Below, piece by piece: positions 36,530 to 47,675 of a stretch of DNA of 64,000 bases. Source of the DNA: Raja brachyura. Lineage: Eukaryota. The first letter of the stretch is position 1. Each line of letters starts with the position of its first letter. The notes below the pieces were generated by a model. The model saw nothing but the letters and a program-made list of their open reading frames with translations. It made no database searches and was not told the DNA's origin. The stretch lies in NCBI GenBank assembly GCA_963514005.1, contig OY740812.1, positions 27,466,001 to 27,530,000 of the forward strand. Reading direction: 5' to 3'. The position numbers and the translations under genes were made by a program.

Positions 36530-37513
36530 TTAATCAGGGACATCCCCACGTTCTCGCCCGGCGTTCAGCACGGCCTCCGCGAACTGTAGGGGAGCAGCAA
36601 CAGGCTTATTATAGAACCGCTGGAACACAGCTTCACTCGCCCATCCTGCTGTGGCGAGGATATGGTCCATGGGTACCTCCATGACCCTCGCCGCCGACGT
36701 AGATGCAGCCCTGGTGGAGTGGGATTTAAACACATTAGTGTCAATACCTGCCTTATCCAAGACGATCCGGAGCCACCTGGATATCGTCTGGACTGTCACT
36801 CGATGGTGAGGTCTTTTGTGAGTGACAAGCAGGTACAACTCCATTCCTCTGATGCTCCTCGTCACCTTGATGTAGTAACGGATGTGAGTGGCTAAACATA
36901 GCCGAGCATCTGCGGGGTATGCCGGGAACTTCAGCTGCAGCCCTGTGCACCCAGGTCTATGCTGCTTAAGTAGCTCATCAACGAAAAAGACTACTTCTCC
37001 AGGGGTCGACGTCATCCTGTCAATACGAAGTTTATGGAGCGTCTGAACCCGCTGTGCTGAAGTCAGCGCTAGTAACATCACCAATTTCATAGTGAGTTTG
37101 TCCAGCTGTAACCCTTCCATGGGCGACCACGACCTGAGCAGGGTAAGTACATCCCTGACATCCCAGGTGATGTTGTAGCGTGGTGTAGGCGGATTCAGAT
37201 TGAATATTCCCCGCATAAGCCTGGACACTAGCCTGTTCGATCCTACCTCGATGTTGAGGTAGAATGATAGCGCACTCCTGGCGCTGTTGATGGCACTGTA
37301 ACTCAAGTGCTCATCGTGGTGCAACCCCGCGAGGAATTCCAGGACGTCGGCTATGGAGACATCATCATAGGTGATGTGAGAGCGACTGCAGTAGGCTTCC
37401 CACTTGGTGATGTGGGAGAGATATCTCCGCCTGGTTGACTCTCGACATGATGCTCCAATGGTGTTCATGGTCCGGGTGGTGAGGCCATACTGCATCCATG
37501 GCCTGGTCAGAAC
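36530..37513 (-). CDS. DIRS tyrosine recombinase (intact)
   Basis: SAM-like N-terminal domain (INSARSALS) and catalytic residues R (SAQR), K (LKQ), HxxR (HSTR), W (AGW) and Y (FQRFY). The start is uncertain; see findings. Confidence 0.92.
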   Translation of the reverse strand, partial: VLTRPWMQYGLTTRTMNTIGASCRESTRRRYLSHITKWEAYCSRSHITYDDVSIADVLEFLAGLHHDEHLSYSAINSARSALSFYLNIEVGSNRLVSRLMRGIFNLNPPTPRYNITWDVRDVLTLLRSWSPMEGLQLDKLTMKLVMLLALTSAQRVQTLHKLRIDRMTSTPGEVVFFVDELLKQHRPGCTGLQLKFPAYPADARLCLATHIRYYIKVTRSIRGMELYLLVTHKRPHHRVTVQTISRWLRIVLDKAGIDTNVFKSHSTRAASTSAARVMEVPMDHILATAGWASEAVFQRFYNKPVAAPLQFAEAVLNAGRERGDVPD

Positions 37514-39437
37514 CTGCAAGCCAGTAATCTTAGATAGGCATGGCAGGGGTGTAACTCCCCTGAAACAGGGTGAGAAACCAAATGTGGGCAACCCTCTAAA
37601 GGGACCCAAGGTTGACTAATCATGTCAAAGACCACCGGATACCAAGGCTGCGTAGGCCAGTCGGGTATGACAAGAATGCCTCTGGCAGAATCCATCTTGA
37701 TTTTTTGTAATACCCGACTGATGAGGCAAAACGGGGGGAATGCATAGAAAACCCAATTCCCCCAGTCTAGCGAGAATGCATCAATCGCTAATGCCCCAGG
37801 GTCTGGTTCCCATGAAACATATGTCGGTACCTGATGGTTCAACCGGGACGCAAAAAGGTCTATATCCGGTTGGCCAAATTTGGCTGCAATTTGGGCAAAT
37901 ATTTGAGGATGCAGCATCCACTCAAGACTATCATTGAATTTGCGTGACCTGGTGTCTGCCACAGTATTAAGCCTACCTGGCAAATAGGTGGCTGAAATCC
38001 AAATATCACGATCAATACACCAGAGCCAAATAGTATTAGCCAATTTGTCACAAAAGACTGACCTGGTACCGCCCATATGGTTTAAATATGCCACCGCCGT
38101 GGTGTTGTCTATTTGGAGACGGACATGAGTTCCACTAAGATTAGCACAATAAGCCCGTAGACCGTGAAATGCTGCAAGCAGCTCCAAATAGTTAATCCCT
38201 TGTATTAGCAACATGCTAGCTTCAAGGGAATCCCACCTGCCTCCACAACTTGAAGAGCTGTCCGCAGCTCCCCAGTCTAGGGAGCTTGCGTCAGTTTGCA
38301 AATATACCACCGGATTGGGCACAACAATGGGTTTGAATGTCCTGCCAATATTGGACACCCACCACTGTAGCTCAATCTTAGCATCAGAAGGCAGCCCCAT
38401 AGGTCTGTCAAAATGGCCAGCGTTCTTTTTCAACGCAGCAATCTTGGCTCTTTGTAGATTTTGATAATGCAAAGGCCCAAACTGGGCTGCCGGAAATAAA
38501 GCTACGATTTTTCCAATCACCTTAGCTGTATGCCGAATAGATGGTATACTGGCGGATGCGAGATCCTGACATGCAAGGGAGACATCCTCAACCTTGTTAA
38601 ATGGTATGGTGGCCCTCATTTGAATAGAGTCCACCGTGAAACCCAAATAATCCAGAACCTGGGATGGGTAGAACTTGGATTTGTCTGGATGGACTATAAA
38701 CCCTAACCGCTGAAATATAGTGACAGTAGCTGAAACAGCCCTTTCAGCTGCTTCCAGAGTGTTGCCAATAATCAGGATATCATCTAAATAGGCCATTACA
38801 ACATGGTGTTGTATGCGTAATTGGGCCATAATAGGCTTGAGTAATTTAGTAAAGAGCCTAGGGGCAGTAGTAAGCCCATTTGGCAAGGCCCTATATTGCC
38901 AGAGCTGATCCATCCAGACAAATTTCAAAAACTTCCGGTGATGTTTCCGGATGGATACTGAATAGTATGCATCTTTCAAATCAATACATGCCATAAAGCA
39001 ACCAAGCGAAATCAGTGATTTGGCTGTCTCAAATGTATCCATTTTGAAATGTGTGTATGTTACAAAAGTATTCAACTGGGTCAAGTCAATAATCACCCGA
39101 CAACCTCCATCCTTTTTTGGTCTAGTAAAAATATTGGAGACTAATTCAATGGGCTCGTGAATAGTTTTCTCTATCACGCCTTTTTGTTCCAAACGAAAAA
39201 ATTTTCAGCCGTGCCTGCTGCCTGCTCAACGGCAGACAGCGTAAACTTCCGTTTAGGCATATGCTGGGATGGAGGAATGTCCCCGTGAATAAATTCAATA
39301 GAATGACCCCGAATATTTTGTAAAACAAATTTATCTGAAGTAACAGATTTCCAAGCTTCAGCAAAGAACCGGAGTCGCCCTCCAACATGTGATATTAAAG
39401 GGGCAGGAGAAAGAAAACCAGACCGCCTTACCTCCAT
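37507..39437 (-). CDS. DIRS pol (RT, RNase H, Dam-like methyltransferase domain), frame break near 39196-39205
   Basis: VGGRLRFF..W start; RT motifs IDLKDAY, LPNGLTTAP and YLDD; RNase H motifs TDAS, INYLEL, DNTTAV and N..AD..SR; MT-like motifs DLFAS and YAFPPF. Confidence 0.92.
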
Positions 39438-39439
39438 GG

Positions 39440-41131
39440 TCACCGGCGGTCCCTGACATACTTGGGTGGCCGAGGAGGTGCTGGGTTGGGCTGACGATGA
39501 GGTGGCTTCATCTTCCACTGGGGTCGCTGTGTGCCTGACCCCAAAAAAGGCCGCTGCTGCTGGCCTTGTTGATAGTAGTGTTGAGTAGCAGCATATGGTC
39601 TTGGTGCTGATGCGACCGGACCTCGCGGTCGAGCAGGAGGAGCTTTTGGCACCATCGGTCTGGGGGCAATCTGAGATCGCATAAGTCCCACCGTTTTGGC
39701 TACCTCGTCAAGCTCCTTGACTCTCTTCGGAAGGTCCTCTCCGAAGAGTTGTCGGGGCGGCGGTGGCGGTGGTGGTTTACACAACCCAGCAAATTTTGGG
39801 TTGATAGAAGGGCGGATACTATTTTTCCGAAAATCATTGATTTCGTGCAGGGTGGCACATAACAGCGCCAATGCATCCTCTTGGTCCAATGACAGGTCAC
39901 CACCATCGACCGACCGCGCAAAGGCGGTAATACCGGCCGTAAGAAGTTTGAGGATCCGCTGGAGTTTGACCTCCTGATGGCGGATAGCCACGCCGATGTT
40001 GCCCCATATGGGCGTATTGACCAGAGGCACGTTGAGGGCATTACAGTTGGAAGGGGGCTTGTGGCGATGAATGGCCTGCGAAAGTACTTCCTCCTGGAGC
40101 CGGTGATTCGTAAGAAAGTCTACCGTTGCTGCCAGTTTCGGTTGAAGCGGAAGTCCAGTTGTGACTGGTGCAGCAAATTTGGCCGCCACATCCAGTAGCT
40201 CAGCTGTCGGTGGCTCCGACGGTGCTGGTGTAGGGTCAAACCCTTCTTCCCCTTGTGGCTCGCTGATGAGAGAAGCTAGCGAGGTGGCCCTGTGCCTGTC
40301 GATGTTCGTGGGTGCGTACTGCTGTTGATTATGGAGCAACAGCTCCAGCAGCCGCTCTATGCGGTCAATACGCCCACCACCCTGAACACTCGGGTGGTCG
40401 GAGTCCTCCGGCTCAGAAAACATGCCGGGGCTCCTATCATCGGCCCGCACCTCTGAGAAGTGATCTCGGTGCCGGAATAGATCGCTTTCGGCCGCCGCAG
40501 CGAAACCGTGCGATTCCCGCGCGGGCGAGGTGTTCAACCGCCTCTTCTTGGCGGGAGCGGAAGCCGTTGCCACAAAGGGCCCTGACGGCTTGGGGTTGAC
40601 TCCAGCAGAAGCATGGAGCGACGCCCGTGCGGGCTTGCCGGCTGTCCACATATTGGACGGTGCCGACGCATGGTCTCGTCCACCCATCCATGGGGGACTC
40701 GGCGACCGAGGCGGGACCGTACCCAAGCCCCCCGTCCCGGCGGCGGGGGTTGGGAGTTGGGTAGCAGACCTTAACGACCCAGGTTCCGCCGTTGCACCAG
40801 ACCGCTCCATGGCGGCTGGTGGAGCCTTGGCCCGAACCGGGTTAGGCTTACGGGCTCCTCCCCTGCCCTTCAATGAAGGGCTAGCGGAGGGGGGTCGGGC
40901 CGCAGCATGAGACCCCTTCCCCGTTGTCGCCAAAGGCGAACTTGTGGCAAGGTCCACCCTTTCAGGAGGCACCCCGTTGTCCTCCTCCACGCACTCCTCC
41001 TCGGAGCTGTGGCGACTCAGCGGGTCCCGACCTGCAGCAGCAGACGCCAACGGTTTCCCCGCCTTCTTCCCGGCCCCAGGTGTAAACGATGAGGGCGCCG
41101 GGCCGGCCGAACGACGATTTCGACCAGACAT
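39440..41131 (-). CDS. DIRS gag-like ORF1 (563 aa from MSGRNRR)
   Basis: Intact ORF at the element's 5' end, with a Pro/Ala-rich N-terminus, a helical-looking core and a basic Pro-rich C-terminus. Confidence 0.85.
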   Translation of the reverse strand: MSGRNRRSAGPAPSSFTPGAGKKAGKPLASAAAGRDPLSRHSSEEECVEEDNGVPPERVDLATSSPLATTGKGSHAAARPPSASPSLKGRGGARKPNPVRAKAPPAAMERSGATAEPGSLRSATQLPTPAAGTGGLGTVPPRSPSPPWMGGRDHASAPSNMWTAGKPARASLHASAGVNPKPSGPFVATASAPAKKRRLNTSPARESHGFAAAAESDLFRHRDHFSEVRADDRSPGMFSEPEDSDHPSVQGGGRIDRIERLLELLLHNQQQYAPTNIDRHRATSLASLISEPQGEEGFDPTPAPSEPPTAELLDVAAKFAAPVTTGLPLQPKLAATVDFLTNHRLQEEVLSQAIHRHKPPSNCNALNVPLVNTPIWGNIGVAIRHQEVKLQRILKLLTAGITAFARSVDGGDLSLDQEDALALLCATLHEINDFRKNSIRPSINPKFAGLCKPPPPPPPRQLFGEDLPKRVKELDEVAKTVGLMRSQIAPRPMVPKAPPARPRGPVASAPRPYAATQHYYQQGQQQRPFLGSGTQRPQWKMKPPHRQPNPAPPRPPKYVRDRR

Positions 41132-41286
41132 TCCGTACTCCAATCCACACCCTTGCTGAAAGACAAAACCGACAGCAAGGGCCAACCAGCTTAAGGTTAG
41201 TTTAACTTACCTAAGCGGCTCCTTATGAAGTGCTGGCGAGGAGCGCGCCCCACCGCCAGCTGTCGGCAGCAATGCGTTGCGACGAT

Positions 41287-41317
41287 ATGTCGCGCATGCG
41301 TGCCGGCGGGCTCTTCA
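41287..41317. repeat. DIRS inverted terminal repeat (partner at 36124-36154)
   Basis: 31-bp perfect inverted match of tgaagagcccgccggcacgcatgcgcgacat. Confidence 0.93.
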
Positions 41318-43547
41318 CGAAGTCACTCACGTGACTCCGAAATGAAATTGTAGATGCAGCCCAAACCATCCTTGCATCCATTGACTCCATCTACACCACA
41401 TTGCCTTGGCAAGGCCACCAACATAATCAAGGATGAGTCTCACCCCGGTCACTCCCTCTTCTCCCCTCGTCCATCAGCAAGAGGTACAGAAATGTGAAAC
41501 GGCACAACTCTGGATTCAGGGACACCTTCTTCCCAGCTGTTACCATCCTATCACCAACTGGAGAACACCTGGAGGTCTTGAGTTACCATCTACCTCATTG
41601 GAGACCCTCGGACTATCTTTAATCGGATGTTACTGCACTAAACATCATTGCCGTTATCCTACATCCGTACACTGTGCACAACTCAATTGTAATCATGTAT
41701 TGTCTTTCCACCGACTGGATAGCACACAATAAAAAGCTTTTTACTGTACCTCGGTACACGTGACAATAAACTAAACATGTGACCAAAGAGATGACAGTGA
41801 ACTGGAGGGGCAATTGTTGCTGTGTATTTAATTGAGTTTAGAGATACAGTGCAACTCGCCGGCCTACCAAGTCCACACCGAACAGTGATTGATAACCCAT
41901 ACACTAGTTCTACCCTACACATACATGGGACAATTCTTTACAGAAACCAATTAACCTTCAAGTATTGGAATGTGGGAGGAAACCAGAGCACCCGGAGGAA
42001 ACCCACGAGGTTACAGGGAGAACATACAAATACCATATAGGCAGCACCCGTAGTCAGGATCAAACCCGGGTGTCTGGCGCTGTGAGGCAGCAACTCTACC
42101 GCTGCGTCACCCTTCATTTAGTCCTTCAAAGTATCCTCCTCACCCACCCTACATAGCATCTCATGTATAATCAAACATGAGCAAGCATAATTGACATATC
42201 ATATCACTCCCATCATTCCATCATCTTCCTTTTGGATTTATATGAAAATGCTAACTCGTGCCAACATTGGCAGCATAACAAGGAGCTCCAACCTACAGAA
42301 CTAATTGTCACAAATCAGAATACTAAAGTTGCAATGAAGAATAAATATTTATTTAACTCGGTGGGGGTGGGGGTGGAGGATGAGGCATGGATTTTAAAAA
42401 AATAGAATGCTCACAGTTTCTTTCCACACCCAACTAAAATGTGACACAAATGAGTGGGTGTTTTCAACAGTTTCACCACGAGGATAGAAAATATTTTGAG
42501 AACAAAATAAACTGTCACCAGGTTCTCATCTGAGATGATATATTTCATGCACAAATGCAGTGGTGAGAAAATAACCAAATCAGAAACACTACACGAGCAG
42601 AATATAAATTTGGATTCAACTAAGATAAATCTAGCATCTAGCTCAGGAAAGACCACTTTTTAGTGCTTCCTCCAATTCTTTGCAATCCGTCCCCTATATC
42701 TACTTTGTGTTGCTTCCCCCGTCTTCTCCTCTCCCTCTCACCCCCTCCAGCCCTCAACCTCCACCAGGCTAACCAAAGGCGAGACTACCAGTACTTCATT
42801 AGCTCAGAGTTATTACAAATGGATAAAGGTAATAATGTAAAAACAAGCAACAAAATGAACAATTGAATGGCTTTTTGTATGAAGTAGATAAAAAAATCTG
42901 AGCATGCAAAAATTTATAATGGATCAGGAAAATTAACTTGCCAAGATCGATGTGAGCAAAGTAATGTTGAAGAGCAACATAATGGCCCTAGAGTGAGAAC
43001 TCCGTGAGGACAGACAGTTTCTATCCCAGCTTCAAAGGAAGAAAGAAATTTGCGATATTGCAATTTCCAAATTGCTCTCAATTCAGTGATCATACCTCTG
43101 GATTCAAAAATGCCACATATAGAATCAAGAGTGTTTTATTGTCCCAGATAGAACAATTAAATTCTTACTTGCTGCAGCACAACATAATATGTAAACATAA
43201 TACACTGTACATAATATGATAAACAAGAGGAAAAAAAGTTCAGTGTGTATATATACACACATACGAGTACACACACATATGTATGTATATACACACACGC
43301 ACATACTCACAAAAAAAAGCAGTGCAATAATAATAATAATAAGTCTATTGTAGTTCAGAGCTTATTTGAGGTTGTAATGTTTAATAGGCTGATGGCTGTG
43401 GGGAAGAAGCTGTTCCTGAACCTGGATGTTACAGTTTTCAGGCTCTCGTACCTTCTTCCCGATGACAGGAGTAAAATGAGTGTGTGGCTTTGAGTCAGCG
43501 ACTCCGGTAAATCTCTTTGATGGTGGGGAGGTCAGAGCCGGTGATGG

Positions 43548-44378
43548 ATTCAAGTCAAGTCAATTTTATTTCTATAGCACATTTAAAAACAACTCTTGTT
43601 GACCAAAGTGCTTAACATTAGTGCAGGTACTAACATGCTACATACAATGGTACATAGCTCAACAATACATACATAAATACATACATACAGCGCTCCTTCA
43701 GAGGACCTCAAGAAAGGCTTGAGAGTAGAAACAAGTTTTAAGTCAAGAGTTGATGGAGGGGGCAGTTCTGATGGGAAGAGGGATGCTGTTCCAGTCTAGG
43801 TACTGCAACTGCAAAAGTGCGGTCACCCCTGAGCTTATGCCTAGACCACGGGATGGTCAGTAACTCCAAGTCGATCTGAGGGACCTGGAGGTGATATGGT
43901 AGATAAGCAGATTTTTAATGTAGGTGGGGGCAAGCCCATTGAGGGCTTTGCATACATAAAGGAGCTTGAAATTGATTGGGAACCGCACTGGGAGCCGGTG
44001 GAGAGAGGCCAGAATCGGGGTGTTGTGGTCCCTTTTTCGGGTGCCCGTCAGGAGTCTCGCAGCGGCGCTTTGGACCAATTGCAGGCGGGACAAGGATGAT
44101 TGGCTGATGCCAGTGTAAAGGGAGTTGCAGTAATGAAGGCGGGAGGAGATAAATGAGTGATTTTTTCGAGGTTGTCAAATAGGAGGAATTATTTTATTTT
44201 AGCTATCGTGCAAAGCTGGAAGAAGCTAGCTTTTACCACGGCATTGACTTGTTTGTCAACGCGGAGTCAAATATCACGCCAAGGTTTTTGACGTGAGGTT
44301 TGAGTACTGGGGTAAGGCTTCCAAGGCTGCCTGCTATCGTTTTGATGGAGTCCGAGTGGCAGAGTAGGATGACCTCAG
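43548..44378 (-). mobile_element. L2 LINE 3' fragment nested in a Rex1-like LINE (about 43125-44965, minus strand)
   Basis: RLQLVQSAAARLLTG...TPILASLH.LPV motif and (ttgac)n tail. The host resumes ggtgatgga|ctgggcagtg and carries GAPQ.C.FSPLLYSLYTHDC. Confidence 0.8.
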
Positions 44379-45431
44379 ACTGGGCAGTGTTCACAACTGT
44401 TTGCATTCTTATCCACTCCTAGGCATTCAAGTTGCCGGACCAGGCTACAATGCAACCAGTCAATATGCTCTCTGCTGTTCACCTGCAGAATTTCAAGAGA
44501 ATCCTCTCTGACATACCAAATCTCCAAAATCTTCTCAGGAAGTAGAGGCGTTGATGCGCTTTATTTAGAATTGCATCAGTGCACTGGGTCCAAGAAAGAT
44601 CTTCGGAAATATACACGCCCAGGAATTTGAAGATTTTGACTCTCTCCACCATCCTGTTGATATAAACCTTCCTTCCTCATCATCCTTCCTCTTCCAAAGT
44701 CCACGACCAGTTCAAGGTTTTACTGATATTGAGAGCCAGGTTGTTGTGCTAGCACCATTTGGTCAATCGGTCGATCTCACTTCTATACTCCGACTCATCA
44801 CCATCTGTAGTTCATCCAATAACATTCGGCCAACTTGAAGATGGAGTTCGCACCGTGTCCAGTTACAGTCGTGAGTATAGAGTGAGTAGAGCAGGGGGCT
44901 GAACAAGCAGTCTTGAGGAGCTCCCATACTGATTGTTAATGAAGAAGAAGTGTTTCTTCCAACCAACCTCATTGCAGACTTTGACCATCATGCTTTAACA
45001 CTAAATTCTGTACTTTGGTATTTTCTCTTTGCACTACCTGTTGCACTTGTGTATGGCTTGATTGTACTCATGTGTGATATGATTTGATCTGACTGGATAG
45101 CATGCGAACAAAAGCTTCTCAGCTTCCTCATTGCCTGCAGCATTAGACTGTTGATTCTCCTTAGTCCTACTGCTCCCCTGACTGATTCCCAGCTGGGGCC
45201 CTTTACACCGACCCCACTGAGTCCTGCTGCCCTTCCTCCTCTGCTAATCACAGAACTTCACCCGCCACTCATTTCTATATCACCCCACTTCTCTGTGTCC
45301 CACTCCTCCCTTGACAGTATCTCCTCCGAGTCCTGCACCACCCCCTCTACCCCCTCAGACCCAGAATATCCTTTAGGTATTCACCATCCCCCTTTCGAAT
45401 GCTAAATAGTCTGCCCTCAACAGAGGCCTAA

Positions 45432-47164
45432 AGGCCCTGTCCCACTTACGTGTCCATGGCACGCAAATTACGCAACCTCGTTGTCGCGTTGAGGCACACG
45501 GGCATCGTGTAGCCGCACGGGAGCGGTCCAACTGAGAAGCATGTAGGGGCATGGAGTTGTGCGCGAGATCTCGCAGCACTCCGAAATTTTGTAGCGAACG
45601 AAATCTTCGCGCGCCACCGGCCCGTCGCGTAACTGACGGCCAATGTGGGACAGGCCCAAGACCCTGGCGCAATGCAACGTCTCACCTCCAGCCAGGCATG
45701 TGGCATCAGGGTAGGCAAGGTAGGCACTGCCTACCCTGACTAAAATTATAACATAGTAATGTCTAAATATAAATAGTAAAGGCATGGGAGAATGATGCCT
45801 ATGTAAGAGACCGATCTCTTCGGTAGGCATAATTCTCCGTGCCTTTCATCCGCAGCGCTTGTAACACGGGAAGGTCTGTGCAGCCCACGTGTCTTCAGTG
45901 CTGCCTGAAGCCGTCAGTTTCAAGCAGGGCTGAAGGCAGCAGAAATTCTGCCTTTGCAGCACTGCGCATGCGCAGCGCAAGTTTCTTGGCGGGGTTTTCA
46001 AATATGGTTTGTCGTGTACCAATGATGTGGTAAGTACATTTCTTGGTGATGTTTTTAAATACCATATTTCCCGGGGTGTGGGGGTGGGGGGAGAGCTCCT
46101 TTCCAAGCCTTTGGGGAGTCTGGCCCGGGGTAAAGTTGCGGGGAGGGCACGAATGTTATGGAGGAGGGGATTGGGATAATGCCACGGAGGCGTGGAATGC
46201 CACTGCATTGAGGCGGGGCGGGGGAGAAGTAGCTCGGGTGGCTGAGCGGCCACCGGGCCGGACAGCGGAACCAGCCGCCACCTTAGCTCCTTCTGCCGGT
46301 CCCCGCTCACCTCTGGCAGACCTCCGTCTAAAAACCTCTCTCCTGCCGCTCGCTGGCCTCACTCATGCCCTTAAATTCCAACAGCGCAATTGAGGTTACT
46401 CAACTGTGGGAATTTAAGGATTTGCAGGAAGCTGCTGACATGAGCGAAGTTGGCGAACGGCAGGTGACAGGTGTTCCGACGGAGAGCACTGCCAAAGGTG
46501 AGCGGGAAGGCGCTGAAGTGGCAGCCAGTTCTGCTGCCGGGTCCCGGTGGCCGCTCGCAGCTACCCGAGCTGCTCTATCCCCAGCTACAGTGCGTGGCTT
46601 CACGCTCAGAGAGCTGCGGCAGCGGTGACTGAGTTACTGGCATTATCCCCGACACCCTCCTTTCAACACTCGTGTCCTCCCCACAACTTTATCCCTGGCA
46701 GACTCTCCACACGCTGTGAAAGGAACTGTTCCCCCAATTGGTCCCTTGAACAAGTGTTGTCATTCAATAAGATGACAACTGATTCAACTATTCCCTGTGG
46801 TCCCATTTTTCCCACCATCTCTCCATCTCTCATCACCCTTCACACAATTGAAGATAGACACAAAAAGCTGGAGTAACTCAGCGGGACCGGCAGCATCTCT
46901 GGAGAGAAGGAATGGGTGACGTTTCGGGTCAAGATCCTTCTTTCAGACAGAAGAGTCTCGACCTGAAACATCACCTATTCCTTCTCTCCAGAGATGTTGC
47001 CGGTCCTGCTGAGTTACTCCTGCATTTTGTGTCAATCTTCAAATGACGTCACGCGCTCCAAACGGCTGTGCATTCAAATGAAGTCACGTGCGACCTACGT
47101 GCCTCAACGCGACCACGAGGTCGCATAATTAGCGTGCCAAGGACACGCAAGTGGGACAGGGGCT
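45432..47164. mobile_element. PIF/Harbinger-like MITE with nested insertions
   Basis: Imperfect TIRs of about 66 bp (aggccctgtcccactt... and ...aagtgggacaggggct) with TAA/TTA flanks. Inserted into a Penelope-like ORF relic. Confidence 0.8.
46849..47042. repeat. Head-to-head (palindromic) Penelope-like terminal repeat pair
   Basis: gaagatagacacaaaa...gtgacgtttcgggtc is followed by its reverse complement. Similar pairs lie near 18885-19100, 24235-24390, 31085-31260 and 34065-34290. Confidence 0.8.
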
Positions 47165-47675
47165 TTACCTTTTGTACTCCTGCACCACACCTCACCAAGC
47201 TGTCTGTCACAATGTCGAGGTCTATGCCTCTGGACCGATTACTCTGGCAAGGAGCCCTCTGCCATGACCCTTTCTTCTGTCTCCAACATTTCTCCTGGCT
47301 TTCTGCATTCTCTGGACCTATTAATTTCCAATTGCCACTGCGGTGTCAGTCTGACAAAGGGGCCCGACCCGAAACTTCACTTGTCCATTTTTTCCACAGA
47401 TGCTCCCTGATCATCCGAGTTCCTCCAACACTCTGTTTTGTTCAAGATTCCAGCTACTGTAGTTTGCATCTCCAGCTTTTCAGTTTCTCAGTACACGCAA
47501 GAATCGCAAATAAATACCAAGACCAAATGCAAACACAGAATTTCAATCTGAAGCACAACTAGCGTCAATTCATAATTGATCAATGAATTTGTGAATCTCA
47601 GTTTCAATGCCTCAGTAACATTAAAAAATCATTTTAATGTAATCAAATTCAAAGACAGTGAGCTGCTTTTCAACG

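Larger units (their letters stand above)
36047..41348 (-). mobile_element. Complete DIRS1-like tyrosine-recombinase retrotransposon
   Basis: Gag-like, RT/RNaseH/methyltransferase-like and YR ORFs, inverted terminal repeats, and an internal complementary region. AAT core at both junctions. The flanks rejoin as a LINE fragment (gcagag-aat-tgtagatgcagcc). Confidence 0.97.
35900..41770 (+). mobile_element. Rex1/L2-like LINE 3' fragment interrupted by the DIRS element
   Basis: ITAWFRNSSIQDRKKLQRI|VDAAQT reads continuously across the insertion. Tail cggtacacgtgacaataaactaaac. Confidence 0.7.

Noticed and set aside
39696-41159. Antisense and alternate-frame ORFs over DIRS gag
   Set aside because: Expected from high GC content; no recognisable motifs.
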